Below, in pieces: positions 10,128 through 19,345 of a DNA stretch of 64,000 nucleotides (its first letter is position 1; each line of letters begins with the position of its first letter). Source of the DNA: Elusimicrobia bacterium RIFCSPLOWO2_02_FULL_39_32 (GTDB lineage: Bacteria > Elusimicrobiota > Elusimicrobia > 2-02-FULL-39-32); assembly GCA_001800135.1 (NCBI GenBank), contig MGUU01000002.1:2388-66387 (forward strand), read 5' to 3'. The notes beneath the pieces were generated by a model. The model did no database searches and was not told where the DNA came from. It saw only the letters and a program-made list of their open reading frames with translations. The translations under genes were made by a program, and so were the position numbers.

Positions 10128-11231
10128 TTAAAATTGATTCAAGGCCCATAAAGCGTGTGTTTGAAGCATGGGGTCTGGATCTTCTTTAGCGATTTTTTCT
10201 AAATAAGGCACGGCTTCTTTAAATTTTTGATTGGCGCTCACAATACAGCTATTTCTCACTAAACCGCTTCTTTTTGCTCTTAAAATCGGCGAGCCTTCAA
10301 ATCTTTTTTTGAATTTCTCTTCACTTTCTATTTGCAAAACTTCTAAAAGAGACAAGTAAGGGCTTGCTCCAGATTCTGGCAAAAATTCTTTCCATTGGGT
10401 TTCTTTAGAAAGCCCGGTATAAGGGCAAACATCCTGACAAATATCACAGCCAAAAATCCAGTCCCCAATACTTGGACGAAAATTTTCTGGTATTTCCCCC
10501 CTATATTCTATGGTCCAATAAGAGATACATTTGCGCGCATCCAAATTTCTAGAATTTACTAAAGCTCCTGTAGGACATTCCACTAAACATTCCTTGCAGG
10601 AACCGCACTCATCTTTTGTGCTTATAGAACTCAAAACTTTTATTTCATCGCTTTCAAGTTCTAAATTAGTAAGAACTTCGCATAAAAAAATAAATGAACC
10701 TAGTTTTCTACTAATGAGTAAAGTATTTTTTCCCACAAAACCTAATCCTCCGCGCCTGGCAAAAGACCTTTCTAAAAAAGGGCTGGAATCTACTAAAATT
10801 TTATAATGAAGTTCTCCCATAATATTTTCTTGCAAAAGTTTTACCCATGCCTCTAATCTTTTTTTTAAAACAATATGATAATCCTTGCCCCAGGCATATC
10901 TTGCCACTCTTCCAAACCCAAATCTAGGCTCCATTTTCTTTGCTCCAGAAAAAAAATTAACGCCAAAAGTAATAACGCTTTTAACATCTACTAAAAGATC
11001 CTGCGGCATCCACCTTCTGGGAATAACTCTGGACATATACGACAATTCCGCGGCATGCCCTTGTTCAACCCAACTTTTATACCTTTCCTCATCTAAAGGA
11101 TCCGGATTTGCAGAGCTAATGGAAACTAGATCAAAACCAATTTGATAAGCTAACTTTTTTATCTCTTTTGTGGGCAGCATAAAAGTGATTTTTATTATAA
11201 CATACTCGCTGAATTCAGGGAGTAAAAGCAA
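10128..11231 (-). CDS. queG: Epoxyqueuosine reductase
   Basis: Two 4Fe-4S ferredoxin motifs, CGSCKECLVECP and CDICQDVCPY. C-terminal HEAT-like repeats. The track start is a TTG, and the true start may be the internal ATG near 11180. Confidence 0.8.
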   Translation of the reverse strand: MLLLPEFSEYVIIKITFMLPTKEIKKLAYQIGFDLVSISSANPDPLDEERYKSWVEQGHAAELSYMSRVIPRRWMPQDLLVDVKSVITFGVNFFSGAKKMEPRFGFGRVARYAWGKDYHIVLKKRLEAWVKLLQENIMGELHYKILVDSSPFLERSFARRGGLGFVGKNTLLISRKLGSFIFLCEVLTNLELESDEIKVLSSISTKDECGSCKECLVECPTGALVNSRNLDARKCISYWTIEYRGEIPENFRPSIGDWIFGCDICQDVCPYTGLSKETQWKEFLPESGASPYLSLLEVLQIESEEKFKKRFEGSPILRAKRSGLVRNSCIVSANQKFKEAVPYLEKIAKEDPDPMLQTHALWALNQF

Positions 11232-11291
11232 CAGCGGAATTTAAGACATTTTCTTGGTCTGTTATTAAGCCGAATATTATAAAATGATTTT

Positions 11292-11930
11292 ATGCAACTG
11301 ATTGAACATTATCTATCTCTGCAAGGAGAAGGGCTGCGTACAGGAAAATTAACCTATTTTGTCCGTTTCGCTCGATGTAATTTACGCTGCAGTTGGTGTG
11401 ACTCAACCTATACCTTTGGTAAAGGCAAACCTATTTCTTTTGAAGCAATTGCCCAAGCCATTAAAAAAAGCAAAGCCCACTATGTTTGCCTTACTGGGGG
11501 CGAACCTTTATTGCATACAAAAGATTGCATTGAACTCATCCGCCATTTTCCAAATCTGCATTTTGATGTTGAGACCAGCGGCTCTATTGCGATTCAGCCT
11601 GTACAGCTAAAGAATAGCTCTATCATCATGGATTGGAAACTGAACCACAGCAAAATGAGCCACAAGATGAAACAGGAAAACTTTAGCTGCCTGCGCAAAA
11701 ATCAGGATCTGCTTAAATTTGTTACCGACGGCTCAAAGGAAGAACAAATGGAAATTTTAAAGATTGAGAAAAAAACAAGAAAATTTGGATTTTTAATTTC
11801 CCTGCAACCTGTGTTTGGAACCAATCCAGAAAAATGCGCTAACTGGCTCATCTCTTTAAAAAATCCCAGGTTTCAATTTAATCTCCAACTCCACAAAACA
11901 ATCTGGTCTCCCACCCAAACCAGGGTTTAA
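11292..11930 (+). CDS. queE: 7-carboxy-7-deazaguanine synthase (radical SAM)
   Basis: CNLRCSWCDS cluster motif and the QueE fold. Divergent from queG. Confidence 0.8.
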   Translation: MQLIEHYLSLQGEGLRTGKLTYFVRFARCNLRCSWCDSTYTFGKGKPISFEAIAQAIKKSKAHYVCLTGGEPLLHTKDCIELIRHFPNLHFDVETSGSIAIQPVQLKNSSIIMDWKLNHSKMSHKMKQENFSCLRKNQDLLKFVTDGSKEEQMEILKIEKKTRKFGFLISLQPVFGTNPEKCANWLISLKNPRFQFNLQLHKTIWSPTQTRV

Positions 11931-12089
11931 CCCGAAGATTGCATTAGAAAATGAGAACCGAGACGGAAAAGATAGTCATTTTTTCGAAACAAAAAAGTGA
12001 GAGAATACTTGAAAGTATTCACGAACTTTTTTGTGAAAAAAAATGGCTAGATTTTCTGTCGAATTCCATTTTCTAATGCAATCTTCGGG
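11931..12089. repeat. MITE-like palindromic element, copy C (longest). It is flanked by 5-bp direct repeats TTTAA at 11926-11930 and 12090-12094.
   Basis: Inverted termini are CCCGAAGATTGCATTAGAAAATG ... CATTTTCTAATGCAATCTTCGGG. The internal core is GAGAACCGAGACGGAAAAGATAG, followed by a roughly 90-bp insert. It sits immediately after the queE TAA. Confidence 0.7.
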
Positions 12090-12140
12090 TTTAATTGTTG
12101 AAAAAAATGATGGATTCTGTTATAGTTTTCACACATTTAA

Positions 12141-12875
12141 ATGTCTACGAATAAATCAAAAATAGGTAAAATCGAATGGTTGTTTGCAATTGCCATCTTA
12201 AGCTTAGTGGCAGCTGTCTCAATCAATTGGGCCATGAAAGGAGCAATCCATTACAAAAAAGATATTGCGGTTCCGGATCTTGTGGGAAAATCATTAACTG
12301 AAGCCTTAGAGATTCTTTCCAGCTCTAATCTTGGTTTAAAAAAAGAGGGAGCGGAATTTAATGAAGCAGTTCCTCAAGGCACTATTTTACGTCAACAGCC
12401 TCCCAGCGGACTGACCGTAAGAGAGGGTAAAATTATACAAGTCATGGTTTCACAAGGCGGACAAACCATAACCATTCCAAACCTTGTAGGCCAATCCTTA
12501 AGAGCAGCGGAAATTTCCTTAAGAACAAATTTTCTTTCTCTAGGAGAAATCAATTCAAGACCTTCTTTAAAATTTCAAAAAGATACGATTGTGGAACAAC
12601 AACCTGAGGCAGGGGCTAAGACCACAAAAAATAGTCTGGTGCATATTACGCTTTCCAATGGACCGCCAAGCAATGGCACGATCTTAATGCCAGATTTTAT
12701 TGGCAAAAAGTGGGAGGATGTTCAAATTTGGGCAGAAAAATTATCCATAGAAACAGAACGGAACCAGGATCCTTCTAGCTCCATGGGACGAGATACGATT
12801 GTAAACCAAGAACCTATTCCAGACACACAACTCTCCTCTGACGCAAAAGTAAAATTTACAGTGGCAACCCGATAA
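12141..12875 (+). CDS. Membrane-anchored protein with three PASTA domains and no kinase or PBP domain
   Basis: N-terminal TM helix. Three repeats of about 70 aa, each starting PDLVGKSL / PNLVGQSL / PDFIGKKW. Confidence 0.7.
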   Translation: MSTNKSKIGKIEWLFAIAILSLVAAVSINWAMKGAIHYKKDIAVPDLVGKSLTEALEILSSSNLGLKKEGAEFNEAVPQGTILRQQPPSGLTVREGKIIQVMVSQGGQTITIPNLVGQSLRAAEISLRTNFLSLGEINSRPSLKFQKDTIVEQQPEAGAKTTKNSLVHITLSNGPPSNGTILMPDFIGKKWEDVQIWAEKLSIETERNQDPSSSMGRDTIVNQEPIPDTQLSSDAKVKFTVATR

Positions 12876-13546
12876 TGGATTCTAAAATTTTAATAGCTCC
12901 CTCTATCCTTTCTGCTGACTTTACCTGCTTAGGGAAAGAAATTAAAAGCGTGGAAAAAGCAGGCGCGGACTGGATTCATGTGGATGTGATGGACGGTCAT
13001 TTTGTGCCTAACTTAACTCTAGGCCCTGTGGTCTTGCATTGGATTCGGAAAGTAACCTCGCTTGTTTTAGACGTGCATCTGATGATTGATCAGCCTGAAA
13101 AATATGTTGAACCCTTTGCTAAAGCCGGGGCAGATAGCATCACTTTTCATTGCGAAGCGCCTTCTAATCCTAGAGAAGTAATAACCTTAATTAGAAAATA
13201 CGGCAAAAATGTAGGAGTTTCCTTGCGGCCAAAAACGCCTCTTTCCGCAATTGCTTCCTACTTACATAAAGTAGATTTAGTCTTAATCATGACGGTGGAA
13301 CCAGGTTTTGGCGGCCAAAAATTTATGCCAGAAATGCTCCCTAAAATAAAAGAGCTAAAATCTTTTATAAAAGAAAAAAATCTTTCTTGTAAAATTGAAG
13401 TGGATGGTGGAATTAACAAAGAAACAGGGATTTTAACAGTAAAAGAGGGGGCGGATATCCTAGTTGCAGGCAATTCCATTTTCAGCCAAAAGAGCCGCAG
13501 CAACGCGCTTAAAAAAATCCGATCGTCGGTTGACAAAAACGGGTAA
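12875..13546 (+). CDS. rpe: Ribulose-phosphate 3-epimerase
   Basis: IAPSILSADF...HVDVMDGHFVPNLT. Confidence 0.9.
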   Translation: MDSKILIAPSILSADFTCLGKEIKSVEKAGADWIHVDVMDGHFVPNLTLGPVVLHWIRKVTSLVLDVHLMIDQPEKYVEPFAKAGADSITFHCEAPSNPREVITLIRKYGKNVGVSLRPKTPLSAIASYLHKVDLVLIMTVEPGFGGQKFMPEMLPKIKELKSFIKEKNLSCKIEVDGGINKETGILTVKEGADILVAGNSIFSQKSRSNALKKIRSSVDKNG

Positions 13547-13622
13547 AATAAGTTATTATTGTTGTTTCCGTTTGGATTAAAAACCAAAAAGAAATTTATT
13601 AAAAATTCATTTATAAATTAAA

Positions 13623-13904
13623 ATGTCTGTACGATTACGCTTAAAAAGAGTTGGGATGACTAAACAGCCCGCTTATCGCCTTGTAGCAGTGGACCGTAGA
13701 ACTGCGCGCGATGGAGCAGAGCTGGAAATTTTAGGAACCTACAACCCTAAGGACAAAGAAAACCGTTTAATCATAAAAGAAGAAAGGATTAAATATTGGA
13801 TTTCTTGCGGTGCCGAACCTTCAGAGACTGTAAAATCTCTTTTAAAACGACATTCTAAAGTGTCAGCGCCTGCCCCAGTAGCTCTAAACAACGAAAAATC
13901 GTAA
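13623..13904 (+). CDS. rpsP: 30S ribosomal protein S16
   Basis: MSVRLRLKRVGMTKQPAYRLVAVD. Confidence 0.95.
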   Translation: MSVRLRLKRVGMTKQPAYRLVAVDRRTARDGAELEILGTYNPKDKENRLIIKEERIKYWISCGAEPSETVKSLLKRHSKVSAPAPVALNNEKS

Positions 13905-13924
13905 GCATTTTTTCTCTTAATAGC

Positions 13925-14656
13925 ATGAATCATTTAAAAATTGAACTCCTTACTTTATTCCCTAAAATGTTTGAGGGCCCGTTCCAAGAGAGCCTCATTG
14001 AAAAAGCTCAAACCAAAGGGCTGATCCAAATTACAATTCACAACTTAAGAGATTTTTCTGAAGATAAACATCACCAGGTGGACGACAAACCATTTGGCGG
14101 CGGAGCTGGCATGGTATTAAAGCTTGAGCCGGTTTTTAACGCTCTAAAAACTCTTGGAGCACTATCTAGCGACGGGGATAAAATAAAGGAAAGCAATTCT
14201 CCATGGGTTGTTTATCTTTCACCTCAAGGTGAAAATTTTAGCCAAAAAAAGGCTTTAGAACTTTCCAATAAAACACGCTTAATTTTAATTTGCGGCCATT
14301 ATGAAGGTATGGACGAAAGAGCCATGGATTGGATAGATGAAGAAATTTCTATTGGCGATTATGTTCTAACCGGCGGTGAGATTCCCGCCATGGTATTAAC
14401 AGACGCTATTGCCAGACTTATTCCCGGGGTAGTTAAAGAATGGGATTCTATCGTGCATGATTCTTTTTTTAGTTCCAAGCTGGATTATTCCCATTATACC
14501 CGGCCTCAAAAATTTTTAGAAAAAGAGGTTCCAGAAGTTTTAATCTCCGGCAACCACCAGGAAATAGATGAATGGAGAAAAAAAGATTCTCTTTCAAAAA
14601 CTTTAAAAAAAAGGCCTGATCTCCTAGATCAAAATTACTCTAATGAACCTGCATAA
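13925..14656 (+). CDS. trmD: tRNA (guanine37-N1)-methyltransferase
   Basis: SPOUT TrmD fold. Motifs LTLFPKMF and GGGAGMV. Confidence 0.9.
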   Translation: MNHLKIELLTLFPKMFEGPFQESLIEKAQTKGLIQITIHNLRDFSEDKHHQVDDKPFGGGAGMVLKLEPVFNALKTLGALSSDGDKIKESNSPWVVYLSPQGENFSQKKALELSNKTRLILICGHYEGMDERAMDWIDEEISIGDYVLTGGEIPAMVLTDAIARLIPGVVKEWDSIVHDSFFSSKLDYSHYTRPQKFLEKEVPEVLISGNHQEIDEWRKKDSLSKTLKKRPDLLDQNYSNEPA

Positions 14657-15095
14657 AATTTTAAACACAGTAGAATCGCTTTATTACATTAAAACAGAAA
14701 TTCCCCATTTTCGTCCGGGAGACACGATCAAAGTACATGTAAAAGTAGTGGAAGGCGAATCAGAAAGAATTCAGCCTTTTGAAGGGGTTGTGCTCTATCG
14801 CAGAGGATCTGGTTTGTCGGAAACCTATTGCGTGAGAAAAGTTTCCTTTGGCGTAGGCATAGAACGCACCTTTCCGATGCACTCCCCTAGAATAGTTAAA
14901 ATAGAACTGCTGCGATCCGGCAAAGCCAGACGCGCGCGCCTCTATTATTTAAGAAAACTTTCTGGTAAAGCTGCCCGGCTTACAGAAAAAGAAACAGGAA
15001 CAAATGAATCTGGCTCCAACTCTATAAAAACCACTCAAGAAAAAAAATCTAAAACAGAAAAAAAAGATAGCCCTGAACCTGCCCTCTCCCTCTAG
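14643..15095 (+). CDS. rplS: 50S ribosomal protein L19 with a Lys/Ser-rich C-terminal extension
   Basis: L19 core [16 protein letters not shown]...GVGIERTFP. Confidence 0.9.
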   Translation: MNLHKILNTVESLYYIKTEIPHFRPGDTIKVHVKVVEGESERIQPFEGVVLYRRGSGLSETYCVRKVSFGVGIERTFPMHSPRIVKIELLRSGKARRARLYYLRKLSGKAARLTEKETGTNESGSNSIKTTQEKKSKTEKKDSPEPALSL

Positions 15096-15165
15096 CCTAA
15101 ACAGATGCTTAGAAAGTCATTTCTAATGCGAAAGCGCTTTCTAAACGTAAACTAAATAATTCCTT

Positions 15166-15816
15166 ATGGAAAGAGGAAAACCCCTCTTTACTTTTGATAA
15201 AAAATTAGCAAACCTTAGTAAAAATCTTTCTAAAAAATCCTGCATTATTGGCATTGATGAAGTTGGCCGCGGCCCTTGGGCCGGGCCTGTAGTAGCTTCT
15301 GCTATTTGCTTGTCGCCAGACTTTTTCCATCCCAAACTAAATGATTCTAAAAAATGCAGCCCTAAACTGCGTTTAGAGCTCTATCATCATCTTCAAAAAA
15401 AAGCGCGTTGGGGGCTGGGAGTGTGCGAGGTGGAAGTAATTGATTCCATTAACATCCTTCAGGCAACTTATCGGGCCATGAGAGCTGCTTTAGAAAAATT
15501 ATTATTAAAACATCCGGAAATCAAACCGGATTTAATTCTTGTAGATGGACGTTCTATTCCAAATTTTAAATTTCGACAAAAAGCGATTGTAAAAGGGGAC
15601 TCAAAAAGCGCGGCAATAGCCTCGGCCAGCATTATCGCAAAAGTGGAAAGAGACAAAATGATGGAATCTTTGGACAAACTCTATCCGCAATATGGTTTTG
15701 CCAGACATAAAGGTTATGGCACAAAAATCCATCAGGAAAATTTAGAAAAATATGGCCCTTGCCCAATCCATAGAAAAAGTTTTGCGCCTGTAGGCAAACT
15801 GCTCCTCTCCTCATGA
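15166..15816 (+). CDS. rnhB: Ribonuclease HII
   Basis: IGIDEVGRGPWAGPVV active site. DSK motif. Confidence 0.9.
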   Translation: MERGKPLFTFDKKLANLSKNLSKKSCIIGIDEVGRGPWAGPVVASAICLSPDFFHPKLNDSKKCSPKLRLELYHHLQKKARWGLGVCEVEVIDSINILQATYRAMRAALEKLLLKHPEIKPDLILVDGRSIPNFKFRQKAIVKGDSKSAAIASASIIAKVERDKMMESLDKLYPQYGFARHKGYGTKIHQENLEKYGPCPIHRKSFAPVGKLLLSS

Positions 15817-16187
15817 TGATAAAAAAAACAACGCGCCAAATTGGCCAGGAAAAAGAAAAAGAGGCGTTACATTTTTTTGAAGAAAAAGGCTGGAAACTGA
15901 TCGCTAAAAATGTGCTTTACCGCACAGGAGAAATTGATCTTATCTTAAAAGATCAAGAAAATACGATCATCTTTGTAGAAGTAAAATATCGTTCCAGCTT
16001 ATCCCACGGAGTTCCTCAGCTAACTGTTCTTCCCTATAAACAAAACCGCCTAATTAAAAGCGCTCTTACCTTTATTAAAAAAAACAAACTCCAAGGCCAT
16101 GATTTTCGCTTTGATGTGCTTGCCCTATTTCCCGCAGGAATAGAACATATTCCCAACGCATTCTCTTCCGCAAAATATAGTATTTAA
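15813..16187 (+). CDS. yraN: YraN-family endonuclease (UPF0102)
   Basis: GEIDLILKDQENTIIFVEVKYR. Confidence 0.8.
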   Translation: MMIKKTTRQIGQEKEKEALHFFEEKGWKLIAKNVLYRTGEIDLILKDQENTIIFVEVKYRSSLSHGVPQLTVLPYKQNRLIKSALTFIKKNKLQGHDFRFDVLALFPAGIEHIPNAFSSAKYSI

Positions 16188-16250
16188 TATCAGTGTAAGG
16201 AAGAGTGATAAAGAAATCCCTCAAAGAGGAGTTCTAAAATATTTATTTAA

Positions 16251-17789
16251 ATGAATGGGTTTAAGAATATTCTATCCGCTTCGGTTTATGGAATTAACGG
16301 CCACCTAGTGCATGTGGAGGTGGATATCTCAAGCGGCTTGCCTCATCTGTCCATTATTGGACTGCCAGATGCAACTGTAAGAGAAGCCAGGGATCGGGTG
16401 ATTTCTGCAATAAAAAATTCTGGGTACCAGTTCCCTACCAAAAAAATTATTGTGAATTTAGCCCCGGCAGAAATAAGAAAAGAAGGCTCTGCATTTGATT
16501 TGCCAATCGCTATCGGCATCCTAGCTGCCTCTGGGCAAATTAAAACAAAATCATTAGAAGAATGGTGCTTTATCGGAGAGTTAGCCTTAGATGGTCAATT
16601 AAGAGCTGTCAGAGGTATTCTGCCCATTGCAATGGAACTATCTGCTCAAAAAATAAAAAAATTGATTCTTCCATTTTCTAATTTAAAAGAAGCTGCAATT
16701 GTGCAAAGCATAGATTCTATAGGAATCCATTCCTTAAAAGAACTCATTCAGCTTTTGGAACAGGAATTCATTCCTCTTTCTAAAGAGCCTCTTCATTTTT
16801 CTCCTTATCAAGAAGATCCATTAAATTCTCTAGATTTCGCAGATGTTAAAGGCCAAAAATTTGCTAAAAGAGCTTTAGAAATTACAGCTGCCGGAGCTCA
16901 TAACCTGCTTTTGATCGGCCCTCCGGGCTCTGGAAAAACCATGCTCTCCAAAAGGATCGTAACAATTCTACCCCCTTTAAGTTTAGAGGAAGCGATAGAA
17001 ACCACAAAAATTCATTCAGTCATAGGATTATTTTCTTCAAAAAAAGGGCTCATGAGAATGCGCCCATTTAGAAATCCTCATCACACCATCTCAGATATCG
17101 CTTTAATTGGAGGAGGACAAAATCCAAAACCAGGAGAAATCTCTTTAGCCCATAATGGGGTTTTGTTTTTGGATGAACTGCCGGAATTTGAGCGCCATGT
17201 ACTGGAAGTCTTAAGGCAGCCTTTAGAATCAAGAGAAGTGGTCATTGCCCGCTCAAAAGATACGATTACCTACCCTGCAAATTTCATGTTGATCGCTGCC
17301 ATGAACCCATGCCCTTGCGGCTTTCTAGGACACCCTTTGCATGAGTGCGTTTGCACTCCTTACCAAATACAAAAATATATGGCTAAAATCTCTGGGCCTC
17401 TCTTAGATAGGATAGATCTTTTTCTGGAAGTCCCCTGCTTAAAAATTGAAGAATATGAGGAAGAAAACACAGAACCCTCTCAAACAATTTGCAAAAGAGT
17501 GATGGCAGCTAAAGAACAACAAAAAAAACGGTTTCAAAAAGAAAATATCCACTCTAATGCTGAGATGAACGCAAAACAGATTAAAAAATTCTGCAAATGT
17601 ACGCCGGAAGCTAAAAGTTTACTTAAAAACGCAACTGAAAAATTAAGGTTTTCTGCCAGAGCTTATGATAGAATATTAAAAGTTGCAAAAACCTTAAGCG
17701 ACATGCTGAATCAAGAAGAAATAGAGGCAACTCATATTGCAGAAGCTTTGCAATATAGAAGCCTGGATCGAATAAATTATTTAAATTGA
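16251..17789 (+). CDS. comM: YifB/ComM-family Mg-chelatase-like AAA+ ATPase
   Basis: N-terminal Lon-like domain, Walker A GPPGSGKT, and a C-terminal ChlI domain. Confidence 0.9.
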   Translation: MNGFKNILSASVYGINGHLVHVEVDISSGLPHLSIIGLPDATVREARDRVISAIKNSGYQFPTKKIIVNLAPAEIRKEGSAFDLPIAIGILAASGQIKTKSLEEWCFIGELALDGQLRAVRGILPIAMELSAQKIKKLILPFSNLKEAAIVQSIDSIGIHSLKELIQLLEQEFIPLSKEPLHFSPYQEDPLNSLDFADVKGQKFAKRALEITAAGAHNLLLIGPPGSGKTMLSKRIVTILPPLSLEEAIETTKIHSVIGLFSSKKGLMRMRPFRNPHHTISDIALIGGGQNPKPGEISLAHNGVLFLDELPEFERHVLEVLRQPLESREVVIARSKDTITYPANFMLIAAMNPCPCGFLGHPLHECVCTPYQIQKYMAKISGPLLDRIDLFLEVPCLKIEEYEEENTEPSQTICKRVMAAKEQQKKRFQKENIHSNAEMNAKQIKKFCKCTPEAKSLLKNATEKLRFSARAYDRILKVAKTLSDMLNQEEIEATHIAEALQYRSLDRINYLN

Positions 17790-19330
17790 CCACTCCCTAT
17801 ATAAAAATTTTTTTAACCCTTATTTTCTTCTCAGGCTGCGCTTATAATGTTACTGTTAAACATTACTCTACGCCTACTAAATTACCTCCAGACCAGATTT
17901 TCAGACCTTCCCGCACATTTTTAATCCTGCGAGTCCCACCCCTAGATGACCCAGAACAAAGCAGCTTTGGTAAAGCCTTGGATTTGATTGGATCTTTTTT
18001 ACCCAAAAAAACAAAACAAAGATATGATCTGCCTTTATCTAGAGCTAATCTGGATCAAATTGCAGAGCATACTGCAAAAACGTTTCGTGATTCTGGAAAT
18101 AAGGTAGTAGCCTTTCAAATTTCCTATAGTTCTCAGCCCCCGGTTTGGATGAACCAATTTACACCCACTAGCAGCCTTTGGATCAGCCCTTCTGATTTTG
18201 TTGTAAAACAGGAAGAATATGAAGTAACCACTAAAACAGAACAGGGAGAAAAAAAGGAAAAAAAATATAAGGTTAAAGTTGACTATGGCGTGTTTTGGTC
18301 TTTTTATGCAGAGCCAGAACATAAACTCTTAAGCGAAGGGAGCCTTGCAGGTTATGCGCCCATCCTAGAAGAAGAAAAAATGGCTCAAATCAATGACTTA
18401 GAGGAATATCTTAATCCTCAATTTTGGACCTTAGCTACAAAATTTTTGAATCCTTTAAAAGAAGAGATACTTCCTCACGAAGTCACTAAATACCGTCAAA
18501 TTAGTAAAGGTAAAGAAAAATTAGAGCTTGCATATAAAAAAATAGAAAGTAACCAGTGGCAGGAAGCGCAGAGCTTATGGCAAGAACTTCTTAAAACTGA
18601 TCCTAAAAACTGGGAAGCGCATTATAATTTAGGGGTTTCCTATGAAAGAGTTGCGGAATGGAATCAAGCAAAAAAAGAATATCTTCTTGCTGAGGAGCTT
18701 GCTCCAAATCCAAAGATAAGGAAAAAAATAGAAAAGATATTAATCGAGCTCAGCCGTTTAGTCAGCCCAGCCCAAAAAATTTCAAAATCTGAAAGCTATA
18801 ACTTCTATAAACAAAAAATTGCTGTTTTACCTTTTGCCAATGAAAGCATTGACTTAACTGGCCATGAATATTTACGCTTAAAAATAGCGGATTCTCTTTC
18901 TCATGCAGGGTATAGTCTTATCCCAATCCCCACGATTGATGCAAAGCTAAAAGAAAAAGGGATTGAAGAAGGAGGACAACTTAACCTGCTTTCCCCTAAA
19001 GCAATTGCAAAACATCTGGGGGGCGATCTCCTGCTTTATGGGACATTAGAAGAGTTTAAAGTTATAAATGTTGGCATCTATTATAAAAGGCAGGTGCGTC
19101 TAGCAGTGCAACTTCTGGATAAAGAGGGAAAAACTCTCTGGAAAACCACTGCTCAAACTATCAATCAAAGCGGTATAAAGCCAGAAGCGGTTGCGGAATC
19201 CTTTTTAATCAATCTGGCTACCACTCAATTAGAAAAAATTGTGAAGACCTACCTTAAAGCAGAATCGGATGAAACTGCTCATCGGGCTTTAGAAACATTG
19301 CCAAAACCTGTGGGCCAAACGTTAAAATGA
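17786..19330 (+). CDS. Hypothetical lipoprotein with TPR repeats and a C-terminal LpoB/CsgG-like domain
   Basis: Lipobox FFSGC. TPR repeats (WEAHYNLGVSYERVAEWNQA). C-terminal IAVLPFANES motif. Confidence 0.45.
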   Translation: MTTPYIKIFLTLIFFSGCAYNVTVKHYSTPTKLPPDQIFRPSRTFLILRVPPLDDPEQSSFGKALDLIGSFLPKKTKQRYDLPLSRANLDQIAEHTAKTFRDSGNKVVAFQISYSSQPPVWMNQFTPTSSLWISPSDFVVKQEEYEVTTKTEQGEKKEKKYKVKVDYGVFWSFYAEPEHKLLSEGSLAGYAPILEEEKMAQINDLEEYLNPQFWTLATKFLNPLKEEILPHEVTKYRQISKGKEKLELAYKKIESNQWQEAQSLWQELLKTDPKNWEAHYNLGVSYERVAEWNQAKKEYLLAEELAPNPKIRKKIEKILIELSRLVSPAQKISKSESYNFYKQKIAVLPFANESIDLTGHEYLRLKIADSLSHAGYSLIPIPTIDAKLKEKGIEEGGQLNLLSPKAIAKHLGGDLLLYGTLEEFKVINVGIYYKRQVRLAVQLLDKEGKTLWKTTAQTINQSGIKPEAVAESFLINLATTQLEKIVKTYLKAESDETAHRALETLPKPVGQTLK

Positions 19331-19345
19331 AAAAAATCAACCTAG

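Noticed and set aside
15096-15140. CATTTCTAATGCGAAAGCGCTTTC after rplS resembles the MITE inner terminus (CATTTTCTAATGCA) plus a 12-bp palindrome.
   Set aside because: Too short and degenerate to call a copy. It may simply be an rplS terminator hairpin.
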